A program made the translations under genes and the position numbers. The notes beneath the pieces were generated by a model. That model did no database searches. It was not told where the DNA came from and saw only the letters and a list, made by a program, of their open reading frames with translations. From an uncultured Methanobacteriaceae archaeon (GTDB taxonomy: Archaea > Methanobacteriota > Methanobacteria > Methanobacteriales > Methanobacteriaceae), in NCBI GenBank assembly GCA_963831915.1, contig CAWHRV010000008.1:291058-323057 (forward strand): a DNA stretch of 32,000 bases, read 5' to 3'. Position 1 is the first letter of the stretch, and each line of letters begins with the position of its first letter. Positions 11,266-20,895 of the stretch are shown here, one piece after another.

Positions 11266-11655
11266 TTAAATCCCAGTAAAATTTCCCATGCCCGGTATGG
11301 ATTGTAAAGTACCTGAGAATATGATCATACCTATTAAAAATCCAATAAGGAGTGCAATAATCAGAACCAAAAATGTAGCCAAAAATCCAGATGAACTTGA
11401 TTCTTCGGGTTCATTAGATTCTTGTGACTCATTTTCATAATACTGCTCATACTCCATAGTACTATCACTAGGGTATTCATCTTGTGTTTTACGATTTTTA
11501 TCATTTAAAATGGAACTATCCTGGCGATCGATGTATTCCCCAGCCATATATTTTTCTTTAAGTGATTTAGAGTAGGGGATTAGTAGTTCCATACCACAAC
11601 TGGGACAATAACTTTCCCTATTAATAATTTTGGCACCACAATTTTTGCAAATCAT
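11266..11655 (-). CDS. Zinc-ribbon membrane protein of unknown function
   Basis: MICKNCGAKIINRESYCPSCG (CxxC...CxxC), an acidic low-complexity middle, and a C-terminal TM helix FLATFLVLIIALLIGFLIGMIIF. ATG 11655 is preceded by GTGAT. Confidence 0.6.
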   Translation of the reverse strand: MICKNCGAKIINRESYCPSCGMELLIPYSKSLKEKYMAGEYIDRQDSSILNDKNRKTQDEYPSDSTMEYEQYYENESQESNEPEESSSSGFLATFLVLIIALLIGFLIGMIIFSGTLQSIPGMGNFTGI

Positions 11656-11962
11656 TTCTATCACTTGAATCAATTACAGATCTAAAACATAACAGCTAAA
11701 AAATTTCTAACATTATTTTTTTCCTATTTTAACACCTTATATTAATATATATTGGAGATCATATCATAAAAACTTTTTTTTAAGAAGTTGAAACCATATA
11801 GGGAATCTATTTGAAAATCTATATGAATCCCATAATGAATTTAGTTACATATAATTTAAAATCGTAAAATGTAAGATTAGCACCGAAATAACCCTCTCTT
11901 GAAAGAGAAGAAATAGAGTATATCCCCCAAAAAAATAATTCTATATAATTTAAACTTAGGAA

Positions 11963-12184
11963 TTAAATTATCACCCTAAGAAAATGGGATTCGCCTATGC
12001 CTGCATCAAATTCTATACTCTTAAATTCGTTTATCATGTCCTCAAATATTTGCCATAATGTATCATCGTCAGCATAGATGCGGAAAACTGCTTCATCTTC
12101 CATATCAATCTTTTCAATCCCATTATAATCCTTTTTAAGGTCATTATAAATCTCTAAACCCAATTCTTCCTTAGATTTGCTCAT
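11963..12184 (-). CDS. Small acidic hypothetical protein (73 aa)
   Basis: ORF track 11963..12205. ATG 12184 with upstream GGAG is the likelier start. It begins 7-28 nt after the stop of the HEAT-repeat gene. No recognisable motif. Confidence 0.45.
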   Translation of the reverse strand: MSKSKEELGLEIYNDLKKDYNGIEKIDMEDEAVFRIYADDDTLWQIFEDMINEFKSIEFDAGIGESHFLRVII

Positions 12185-12212
12185 AAAGATCTCCATCCTA
12201 TTCATTTGGATA

Positions 12213-13010
12213 TTATTTATTATGGATATTTATTAAATTCTTTTTTATGTAGTCTTCCGCTTCCTCAGGTGACTTTGCTGCGAATTTGTAATTTTCATGG
12301 ACCTTTAATATTTCTTTTATGGCATCATTAACTAAATTCCTGTTTTTCCAACCATTCAATGCATCTATTACAATTTCAAGACACCCTTTTTTGTAGCTTA
12401 TCTGTCCAATAACATGAATCACCATGTTTCGAACTTCTTTGACTTTTTCATCTTGTATATCTTCAAGAAGAGGTAAAACATCCTTGGGGTGGGTTCTTCC
12501 TCTGAGTTCTATTCCATGGACGATTTCCTTTCTAATTCTAGGATCTTTATCGTGAATATGTATTTTAGCAAATTCCAAAGTTGGTTCAGGGTTTTTCTGA
12601 CCCATTTGCTTCATTGCACCAATCACTGCATTCCTGACTGAGTGGTGTTTGTCGTGTAAAGCTTTTTCAAATTCTTTAATAACAACACCAAAATCTTTTT
12701 TTCCTATTTCTCCCAAAGCATATACAGACGTCTGTCTCACCTTTTCATCGGAATTTTTAAGCATACTATCCAGAACTAGCAGTATATTTCTTCTGAAATT
12801 CTCATTAGCCCAGTATATTCTCCCTATTGCCATAGAAGTATTTTTTCGAATGTAGGTATCTCTATCTGAAGCATATTTCAGGATACCCTCCGGAACAGTC
12901 CCAATATCATCATTTACCATATTTAAATTCATGATAGAGACCATGATTACATCCTCAATTTCATTGACGATTTTCTGTCTTTCATCCTTTGATAAATCAT
13001 AAAAGCCCAT
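12213..13010 (-). CDS. HEAT-repeat protein (PBS-lyase/AlkD-like repeats)
   Basis: Repeated D..VR..A..ALG-type units (DTYIRKNTSMAIGRI, DEKVRQTSVYALGEIG, HHSVRNAVIGAMKQMG, DPRIRKEIVHGI, VKEVRNMVIHVIGQI). Confidence 0.7.
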   Translation of the reverse strand: MGFYDLSKDERQKIVNEIEDVIMVSIMNLNMVNDDIGTVPEGILKYASDRDTYIRKNTSMAIGRIYWANENFRRNILLVLDSMLKNSDEKVRQTSVYALGEIGKKDFGVVIKEFEKALHDKHHSVRNAVIGAMKQMGQKNPEPTLEFAKIHIHDKDPRIRKEIVHGIELRGRTHPKDVLPLLEDIQDEKVKEVRNMVIHVIGQISYKKGCLEIVIDALNGWKNRNLVNDAIKEILKVHENYKFAAKSPEEAEDYIKKNLINIHNK

Positions 13011-13080
13011 TTTAAACCTTCACATTATATTATACTCATTTTAAATCTTATTTCGATATTTAAAAAGCTTAATAATTGAA

Positions 13081-14130
13081 TTATATGAGGTTAATAAATC
13101 CCAAACTTTCTGCGTACGCATTAACCTCTTTGATTTCATTTTGAGTTGGTAAAACAGAAATATCTTGATGTTTAGATGCATTGTAAGTTGGTCTATATTG
13201 GGACATTATATTAATAACTACTTCCAATCCCAAATTGTCTGCTATCCATTTTAAAAGTGGTTTTGAACAGCATTCAACATGGTTTGGAATTATTAGATGA
13301 CGTATTATCATGTCACCTGCATCATGGGCAATTTTATGATTTCTTCTTATAATTTCAATGTAGTTGGAAATTCCAGAAAGTCTTTCAGCACATTCGTTGT
13401 TTCCATATTTAAAATCTGTGAGATAAAGATCAACAAATCCATCTAGTAATTTCATGGAAAGTTCTGATAAATACAGATTACTATTCCAAATGACAGGTAT
13501 GTTTTCTTTGGTATTTTTCATTGTTTTGAGGATGTATGGCAAGTTGGGTGTTGGGTCTCCTCCCACAAAATTTACATTCATTGACCCCTGTTTTCGTCTC
13601 AAATCAATTATTTTTGCAAGTTTCTCAGGTTCCAGTTCCATGCCCCTATTCGGATACTGGCTTATATCCCAATTCTGACAGTAAACACATTTTAAGTTGC
13701 ATCCTGCAAAAAATATGGTATGACTGGGCACTAAGGGGGCCTCCTCACCCATATGTAAAAATTCAGATGCAATACATTGTTTTTTTACACCGCAAGCTCC
13801 GGTTTCATATCTTCGATCCACTTTACAGTTTTTTTCGCATAAAACACAGCATTCGAATATTTTATCAACTATTTCTATTTTAAGGTCTAAGTATGAAAAT
13901 TTAGGCCTATCAATTTCATCCCATTCTGTTTTAGAGAACTTTTTATGGAAAAATTCAGATAGTTTATGGTGTTCACTTAAAAGAAAATCAAATTCACGAG
14001 AATATTGTGCGGGGATGCTGGAGGCAACCTTCATTCTAGAAGGTTTTTCATTTGAAGCTACTCTCAGATAATTATAGAGTGCAAGTCTTAGACTTCCACT
14101 GATCTGACCATCTAACCTATTCCATATCAA
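13081..14130 (-). CDS. Radical SAM enzyme, PflX-like (COG1313, pyruvate-formate-lyase-activase-related)
   Basis: CNLKCVYCQNWDIS radical SAM cluster motif, preceded by HMGEEAPL and the N-terminal Cys cluster CVLCEKNCKV......GACGV. Start is TTG 14130 (3 nt after the pmbA-like stop) or ATG 14034. Confidence 0.8.
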   Translation of the reverse strand: MIWNRLDGQISGSLRLALYNYLRVASNEKPSRMKVASSIPAQYSREFDFLLSEHHKLSEFFHKKFSKTEWDEIDRPKFSYLDLKIEIVDKIFECCVLCEKNCKVDRRYETGACGVKKQCIASEFLHMGEEAPLVPSHTIFFAGCNLKCVYCQNWDISQYPNRGMELEPEKLAKIIDLRRKQGSMNVNFVGGDPTPNLPYILKTMKNTKENIPVIWNSNLYLSELSMKLLDGFVDLYLTDFKYGNNECAERLSGISNYIEIIRRNHKIAHDAGDMIIRHLIIPNHVECCSKPLLKWIADNLGLEVVINIMSQYRPTYNASKHQDISVLPTQNEIKEVNAYAESLGFINLI

Positions 14131-14133
14131 AAT

Positions 14134-15439
14134 TCAACCCACTACCCTCAAATTTTCAATTAGAATTTTTGGAAGTACAAATGGACCTAACTTACGTTTT
14201 TCTGCAGATGCTGCCGAAGCAACTCCAAGGGCTTGGAATATATTCCCAGAAATCATAGCTTTTTTAATAGGATGTTTTATTTCACCATCTTCTATTTTAA
14301 ATGCATTCATTGCCTCTACAGAAAAGTCTCCAGATATTGGATTTGCTGTATGGGCACCAAGAACATCTGTAACAATTATCCCCATTATTAACCTCGGAAA
14401 TACCGTTTAAACCGTCAAAATCAAGTATTAAGTTGGATAAACCAACCGCTGGAACATCACCATAGGATGCCCTCATACCGTTACCTGTAGGTTCGACATC
14501 TCCCTTCTTAGCTGTGTATATATCATACAAGAAGTTTTTCAAAATTCCATTCTCTATTAAAGATGTTTTTTGGCTTGGAATTCCTTCACCATCACTTGTT
14601 GCAGATAGCAGACCTCCTTTAAGGGTCCCATCATCATATATGCTCAATGATTTGGATACTACTTCCTGTCCCAACTTATCAGCAAAGACAGATCTGCCCC
14701 TCTGAACATTGTCTGCGTTAAGGGCACTTGAAAATGTGGCAATAAGCCCTGAAGCAGCATGATGGTCTAAAATAACAGGTAAGTCACCAGTTTCAACATG
14801 TATGCCTCCTTTTGAGTCCTTTGCAATTCTACATGCTTTTATTGCAATTCCCTCGGGATCTATATCCAATAATCTTGATGAATCAGATTCACTGGCAGTT
14901 GAGACATTTTCTCCATCATCAACATTCACCGAAATATAGCCTGAAAAAATTGATGAAACATCTTTAGAAACTGCGCCTTCGGAGTTTGCAATTATAAACT
15001 TGCTGTATCCTGTTGAAAATCCACCAGATGTAGGTTCACACTTCTCGTCTAACACCGTGTCTAACATAACTTTACCAAAGTTTATGATATCTTCAAGGGC
15101 TAAAAACTCAATTTGAGAGTCAAAAATACCTTTTATATCAGGATACTGTGATTTAGGTGCAAATGCGAAGTTTTTATCGATCTCATTGGATTTAGCATTG
15201 AAAATTGCACTGTTAACAGTTGCATCAAGTTTATCTAAATTAGTTGTATAAGAAAAACCCATTTTCCCATCAACTATAACCCTGATTCCAACCCCAAAAG
15301 TGAATGCTTCTTTAGCAAAATCTACTTTGTCCTTTTTGATATCAACGTTAACTCCTTCTTCTTTCTCCACATAGATCTCCGCTTGATCTGTATATTTAAG
15401 TGCGAGATCAAGGGCCTGGTTTGCCACATCATGCATCAT
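14134..15439 (-). pseudogene. PmbA/TldD-family metallopeptidase-like gene interrupted by a 1-nt frame break
   Basis: ORFs 14297..15439 and 14134..14385 are two halves of one about 434-codon PmbA/TldD-type protein. The second half has the family C-terminus GAHTANPISGDFSV...GNIF. The frames meet at the C4 run 14380-14383; removing one C gives ...EVNNGIIVTDVLGAHTANP... Confidence 0.75.
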
Positions 15440-15545
15440 AACTTTACACCTCTAACTTCTAATAATTGTTTTAAATAGAGAAGTATATTAAATTTATATT
15501 TAAACCTTTAAATAACCGTAATTCTGGAATCAATATAATATATTA

Positions 15546-16217
15546 CTAAATACCGGGAATATACTTTTCAACAGCCTCTTTAACCCCATCACCATGAGGA
15601 GTGGTGGTTATATAATCTGCTATATCTTTAAGTTCAATATCCGCATTTGAAACAGCCACTTTAACCCCAGCGGCAGATAAAAATTCAATATCATTCTCAC
15701 TATCACCTACTGCAAGGATTTGGCCCGGTTTAACTCCAATTCCCTCCGCAACTTTGATCAGTGAAGTTCCCTTGTTTATCTTAGGATCGGTTATATGTAT
15801 TGCAAATTTACTGTCGTATATTTGGACATCGAAGTCTTCAAGAACTTCTTTAACAGTTTTAACTGGAATTTTCCTTGTAATTGCAATCTCTGAAACTCTT
15901 AAATCTGAATTTTGAACCTTTTCTACTGGTAATTCTGATTTAAGATGAATATATGCCTTTTGGCATATTTCGTAATTTCCTAGAACTGTTCTTGATCCTT
16001 TTGATTCTATTACCCCACCGTTTTCAGATACTAACCCTCCGGAGGTAGCTAAAAATGTAGATAATGCCCTTGTAAAACATAGAATATTTCCAGTCACGAT
16101 TATGACAGGTATTCCAATATTTTCAACCTTATAAATAGTTTCTATGGCACTTATACAACCTCTTCTTGTTTTATCTGTGATTGTACCATCGACATCAAGG
16201 GCTAATGCTTTTATCAT
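15546..16217 (-). CDS. HAD-superfamily phosphatase, archaeal phosphoglycolate-phosphatase type
   Basis: N-terminal DVDGTITD motif, VTGN, and C-terminal GDSENDIEF. Confidence 0.8.
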   Translation of the reverse strand: MIKALALDVDGTITDKTRRGCISAIETIYKVENIGIPVIIVTGNILCFTRALSTFLATSGGLVSENGGVIESKGSRTVLGNYEICQKAYIHLKSELPVEKVQNSDLRVSEIAITRKIPVKTVKEVLEDFDVQIYDSKFAIHITDPKINKGTSLIKVAEGIGVKPGQILAVGDSENDIEFLSAAGVKVAVSNADIELKDIADYITTTPHGDGVKEAVEKYIPGI

Positions 16218-16256
16218 GGGTTCACCTATTTATAGAGATTATTAAATACTTAATCA

Positions 16257-17315
16257 TCACATTGATGGATCAAATGAACCGTATCTGTAGGCTATGTTGC
16301 ATGTTCCCTCTTTACTGACCATACAAGCCCCTACAGGATTCATTGGATTGCATTCTTTTTTGAAGAGTTTACATTCTTCGGGTCTTGCAACTCCTCTAAG
16401 TATAGGGCCGCATATGCATCCTGTTACTACTGGTTGGGATTCTCCTATTTCTATATCAAATTTTTCCCTTGCATTGAAGTCTGAAAATTCCTTTTTAACT
16501 TCATATACTGAATCTGGTATTTCTGGAAATCCTCTCCATTCCCTACTCGTTATGTAAAAAACTTGTTCAAGAAGTTCCTGTGCCTTAATGTTTCCTTCTT
16601 CCCTTACAGCTCTTTTATATTCGTTTTGAACCTCGGCTTTTCCATCTTTAAATTGTTTTAGCACCATATAAATTGCTATAAGTACATCAAATGGATTAAA
16701 ACCTGCCACAACTTGTGGAATCCCGTATTTCTCTGAAAATGGAATGTATGGTTTGGTTCCGATAATTGTTGATACATGACCTGGTTCAATAAGAGCATTG
16801 AGATTCACTTCGCCGGATTCTATAAGGAATTTAAGTGCAGGAGGAATTAGTCTATGACTTGATAAAACTGAAAAATTCTCAGGAGGTCCGTTTACCAGTT
16901 CAGACGCAGTTGTTGGAGCTGTAGTTTCAAATCCTGCTGCCATAAAAACGACTTCATTGTCTGTGTTTTGGGCCATTTCAACTGCATTGTTGACACCATA
17001 CACTATTCTAACATCAGCACCATCTGCTTTGGCGTCTGCTAGAGATCCTGTTGTTCCAGGAACTCTTAACATGTCCCCAAAGGTTGCTATTGTTACACCA
17101 TTCCTTGCTAGGTAAAGGCACTCATCAACCTCCCTTGAGGGCACACAACATACAGGACATCCTGGTCCTGCAACTATCTCAACCTCTTTGGGTATTAGTG
17201 TCCTTATTCCATGTTGCATTATGGTGTGTTCGTGTGATCCGCAAACATGCATTATCTTTACTGGTCTTGAAATTTTTTCTATTCTTTGTACGATTTCTTT
17301 GGAAAGGTTTTTCAT
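16257..17315 (-). CDS. hypD: [NiFe]-hydrogenase maturation protein HypD
   Basis: MHVCGSHEHT, GPGCPVCCVP, FETTAP and C-terminal CICGPILRG motifs. 352 aa. Confidence 0.93.
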   Translation of the reverse strand: MKNLSKEIVQRIEKISRPVKIMHVCGSHEHTIMQHGIRTLIPKEVEIVAGPGCPVCCVPSREVDECLYLARNGVTIATFGDMLRVPGTTGSLADAKADGADVRIVYGVNNAVEMAQNTDNEVVFMAAGFETTAPTTASELVNGPPENFSVLSSHRLIPPALKFLIESGEVNLNALIEPGHVSTIIGTKPYIPFSEKYGIPQVVAGFNPFDVLIAIYMVLKQFKDGKAEVQNEYKRAVREEGNIKAQELLEQVFYITSREWRGFPEIPDSVYEVKKEFSDFNAREKFDIEIGESQPVVTGCICGPILRGVARPEECKLFKKECNPMNPVGACMVSKEGTCNIAYRYGSFDPSM

Positions 17316-17529
17316 TATGTCACCATGATAAGTTTTAATGAGAAATTAGATAGATTTCTTTGGTTATTACATCATTTTAATATTCTAATTACCTTGATAT
17401 ATCTATTGTAAAAACAGATAGATAAAAATAGGTATATATCATTCTGTAATATTTGATCATTTATCCTTGTATATCCATGTTAATAATTAATAAAGTAATA
17501 TAAAAACTTTGAATTATCGGGTGAAATAA

Positions 17530-18765
17530 ATGAAAGTGTCTGTACTCGGCCTTGGAATGGAAGGTAAAAATGCTGTTAAAGCACTTCTAGATTATGGAAA
17601 TCATGTTTACGCATCGGATCTTGATAAAACTATTGATATCAGCGAATTTAAACATGCTGATTTAGATCTAGATTTGGGAGAACATGATTATACAAAAATA
17701 GATGCATCAGATGCTGTTGTTCTAAGTCCAAGCCTATGGCATAGTTCTGTTGCAATGGACATAATAGCTAAAAAGAAACTTCTTTCAGATGTTTTAAATG
17801 ATCATAAATCAATTTTTACAATCGGTGTAACGGGCACGAATGGAAAAACAACCACATGTCATATGATTAGTAGTATACTCGAAAAATCTGGTCTAAATGT
17901 ACTGCTGGGAGGAAATGCAGGGGGAGGTTTTGAGGGATATACCAAGATGGTTCTCGAAGCATCAGAACATAGTTATGATGTTATGGTAGTTGAGGTGTGC
18001 GACATGACTCTAGATTATGCATCCCATGTGTTTGATTTAGATATGGTACTGGTTACGAACATTGGATACGATCATATGGATTATCATGGATCTTTAGAAA
18101 ACTATGTTAGATCAGTTTGTAAATTTTTAAAGAATAAAAAGCAAGCCGTTTTAAATGAAAAGGATGTTATGTTAATAAATTGTGCCGATTGTGCCGATGA
18201 AACCTTTTTCTATGGATCTAACAAGTTAAAATTAAAAATATTTGGAACTTTCAACGAGGAAAACGCTTCAGGAGCTATCAAAGTAGCCGAATTATTAGGT
18301 ATATCGCCAAAACTTAGTAAAGAAGTTTTAAATAATTTCAATATGGTTGATGGCAGAACAACAACCATCAATTTCAATAAAACTAACATAATTATAGGAA
18401 AAACAGATAACCCCCATGCAGCCGCTGCTGTATTTAATGAAGTCAGAATGGATGTTATAATAATCGGAACTCCGCGTAAAGATGAAAATTGGAGATTTGA
18501 AATATTGAAAGAAGTTTCAAATTCTAATCCCGATATTGTGGTATTGTTTCCGGGTTTAGACTCCACGACGGATACTGCGAAAAAAATTTTAAGGTCCAAT
18601 GGTTACCATGGAGATATTTACATTGTAAAAGAAGTTTCAGAAGTTGTGGAATTTGTTTTAAAATGTATTGAGAATCATGAAAGCGTATTTATAGGTGGAA
18701 ACGGTCAAAAAAAGATTATGGCCATTCAAAAAGCATTGGTAGAACTCTCAAATAGTAATATTTAA
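17530..18765 (+). CDS. Mur-ligase-family protein (MurD-like; either a pseudomurein peptide ligase or coenzyme F430 synthetase CfbE-type)
   Basis: N-terminal Rossmann-like VLGLGMEGKNAV, P-loop GVTGTNGKTTT, and NIGYDHMDYHGS. Confidence 0.7.
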   Translation: MKVSVLGLGMEGKNAVKALLDYGNHVYASDLDKTIDISEFKHADLDLDLGEHDYTKIDASDAVVLSPSLWHSSVAMDIIAKKKLLSDVLNDHKSIFTIGVTGTNGKTTTCHMISSILEKSGLNVLLGGNAGGGFEGYTKMVLEASEHSYDVMVVEVCDMTLDYASHVFDLDMVLVTNIGYDHMDYHGSLENYVRSVCKFLKNKKQAVLNEKDVMLINCADCADETFFYGSNKLKLKIFGTFNEENASGAIKVAELLGISPKLSKEVLNNFNMVDGRTTTINFNKTNIIIGKTDNPHAAAAVFNEVRMDVIIIGTPRKDENWRFEILKEVSNSNPDIVVLFPGLDSTTDTAKKILRSNGYHGDIYIVKEVSEVVEFVLKCIENHESVFIGGNGQKKIMAIQKALVELSNSNI

Positions 18766-18891
18766 TATTAATTAAATAACACTATTTTAAACCTTTACCC
18801 CCAAATATACACCATTAATCCATAAAATCATATACTATAAATACTTTTTAATATAAAAACTAAGGTTATAATATATATTTGGGGAAGGCTT

Positions 18892-20112
18892 ATGGGAGAG
18901 AAAAATAAATGGCGAGTGATAGGAGGGGTTTTTTCTGGCTAATTACCTAAAAAATCCTGTAATTATAGTATTAATCTTAATAATTTTTGCCGTTGCATTG
19001 TTTTCGTTTGGAAAAGGGATGGACAGTTATATCCCCGCCCAAGATCCTGTTGAAATTGCAGCAGTGAGTATTGGAGAAACCGTTTTAAGCGGACAACAAG
19101 TAGTTGACAGTTCAAAAATTCGTAAGGTACCTGTTCTAAATCATCCAGAGTATCTAATTGAAGATTTAAAAAGCAATCAATTTATGGACTTTTTCATGGC
19201 AATCACAACCGGATCTGTACAAACACCAATAAATCAGATTACAACTGGTAACATATCCCGATATGGTAACGCCATTGGATTTGGTGGTCCTGGAATGGTA
19301 TTAGTAAACGGAACAAAACTGGTAGTTAAAGCCCCTGATACATTTGTCTGGGGTTTTAAAACACCATATACAGTAGCTGTTAAAACAGATAAAGGTATAG
19401 ATATTAAAACTCAAAATAAAACTGTAAAAACAGTTGCAGCTGCAGATATAAGTAATGATACTGTTCCAATCATCATATGTTACAGATAAAGACCTTAAAG
19501 AGTGGTACAACGACTCAGATGTTGGGGATCAAATTGGACTGGATTTTTCACTTTCATCCTTCAGTGATGGCAGAAATTCTGTACCTCCAAGTAAGATAGT
19601 AAGCTTCTTTGGCAATGATACAGTGAAATATATGTCAGAATATCCTTCAGGGGCACCTGTAATGGTATATAATGGTGCCACAAATCAAAATGTTATAGGA
19701 TCGGCTAACAGTGTGCTTGAGGGATATGCAGAGTATGATAATAATCTACGTGCAGAAAATGCCAAAACATTTGTTAAAGCTTGGAATAACACCATTGTTC
19801 CACCACATACATCTGCATCAGGGAAAGAAACTGTTACCTTCGTAGGAGTTTACGATCCAGAAGAAGGTGGTTATCCTTCACATGGTGCATGTCCACCAGG
19901 AAGAGCTTTAAGAGCTGCAGTAATGGAAGCAGGATGCCCACTACCATCAGGCATGGATAGCGGATATTTCTCAGTTTCACTTGATGCTAACCCTGCAACT
20001 GGAATAAAAGTATACAATCCAACACCATATCCAATTAAAAATTGTTATGTGGACATCAGGTAGTGGTGTAGGAATGCCGATATATGCACAGGCAATACAG
20101 TACATTCCTTAA
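18892..20112 (+). pseudogene. Membrane-anchored extracytoplasmic protein of unknown family, read in four frames (possibly a broken single gene)
   Basis: ATG 18892 gives MGEKNKWRVIGGVFSG and then a stop. The next frame continues FFLANYLKNPVIIVLILIIFAVALFSFG (TM anchor) into ORF 18998..19489. ORF 19455..20063 overlaps it by 35 nt. A further frame after the A5 run 20037-20041 extends to the TAA at 20110-20112. Confidence 0.5.
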
Positions 20113-20230
20113 TCCCTTTTTTTATTTTAATCTTCAAAATGCTTATTATTTTATTCAAAGTTAATATCTCTTCAAAATCTATCCTTTAAGTAGCATTAAT
20201 GACTAATAATATAATCAGAGAAGTGATTAT

Positions 20231-20895
20231 ATGGTTTCGGCAGTTATTACAGCAGCAGGAAAAAATAGAAGGATGATTGAAGACCTCAAATCTAGAGGAA
20301 TGGAAATTAATCACAAACTGCTAATGGAATTAAATGGAAAACCAGTATTAGTTCACACCATTGAAAACGTGCTTAAATCCGGGGTTGATGAATGTACAGT
20401 AGTACTTGGTCATTTCAGCGACGATATATCTTTTGTTTTAAAAAAATTTAAAGATAAAAGATTGAATATAATTAAAAACCCTGATTTTAACGTTGAATTA
20501 TCTCAAACACTATTAAATGGAGTAAGAAGCCTGAATCAGAAATCTACATTATGCCTTTGTGTTGCTGCTGATCAACCTACAGTTACAAGTGCAACGATGA
20601 CTCAACTCATTGAAAAAGCGGTAAAATATGAAAATCCGGAAAATATAGTGTCAATATTAGCCAGGAAAGAAATATGGGTATCTTAAATCTGCAGAAGGTC
20701 TTGGAATGCCATTTGTATGTCACTCTAAGCTTCTTTTGAAGTATCTTCCAGATCATGAAGACAATTTAAATCCTATTTTAAGAAAAATGATTTCAGATGG
20801 AGTTGGTATTCTATGGAACACCCTCAAATAACGATCTGGAACTAATTAACATCAACAAATACGAAGATTATCTCTATGTTAAAAACAGGTTTTAG
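20231..20895 (+). pseudogene. MobA/MocA-like nucleotidyltransferase broken by two +1 frame changes
   Basis: N-terminus AVITAAGKNRRM and ADQPTVTS are in ORF 20231..20686. The protein continues in the next frame from about 20661 (PGKKYGYLKSAEGLGMPFVCHSKLL...MISDGVG). It then continues in a third frame from about 20810 (YGTPSNNDLELININKYEDYLYVKNRF, stop 20893-20895). Confidence 0.7.

Noticed and set aside
17349-17424. Repeated AGATAGAT motifs and small inverted repeats in the hypD / Mur-ligase divergent spacer, considered as operator sites.
   Set aside because: The motifs are only 6-8 bp and made of A/T-rich sequence, which is compatible with chance in this base composition.
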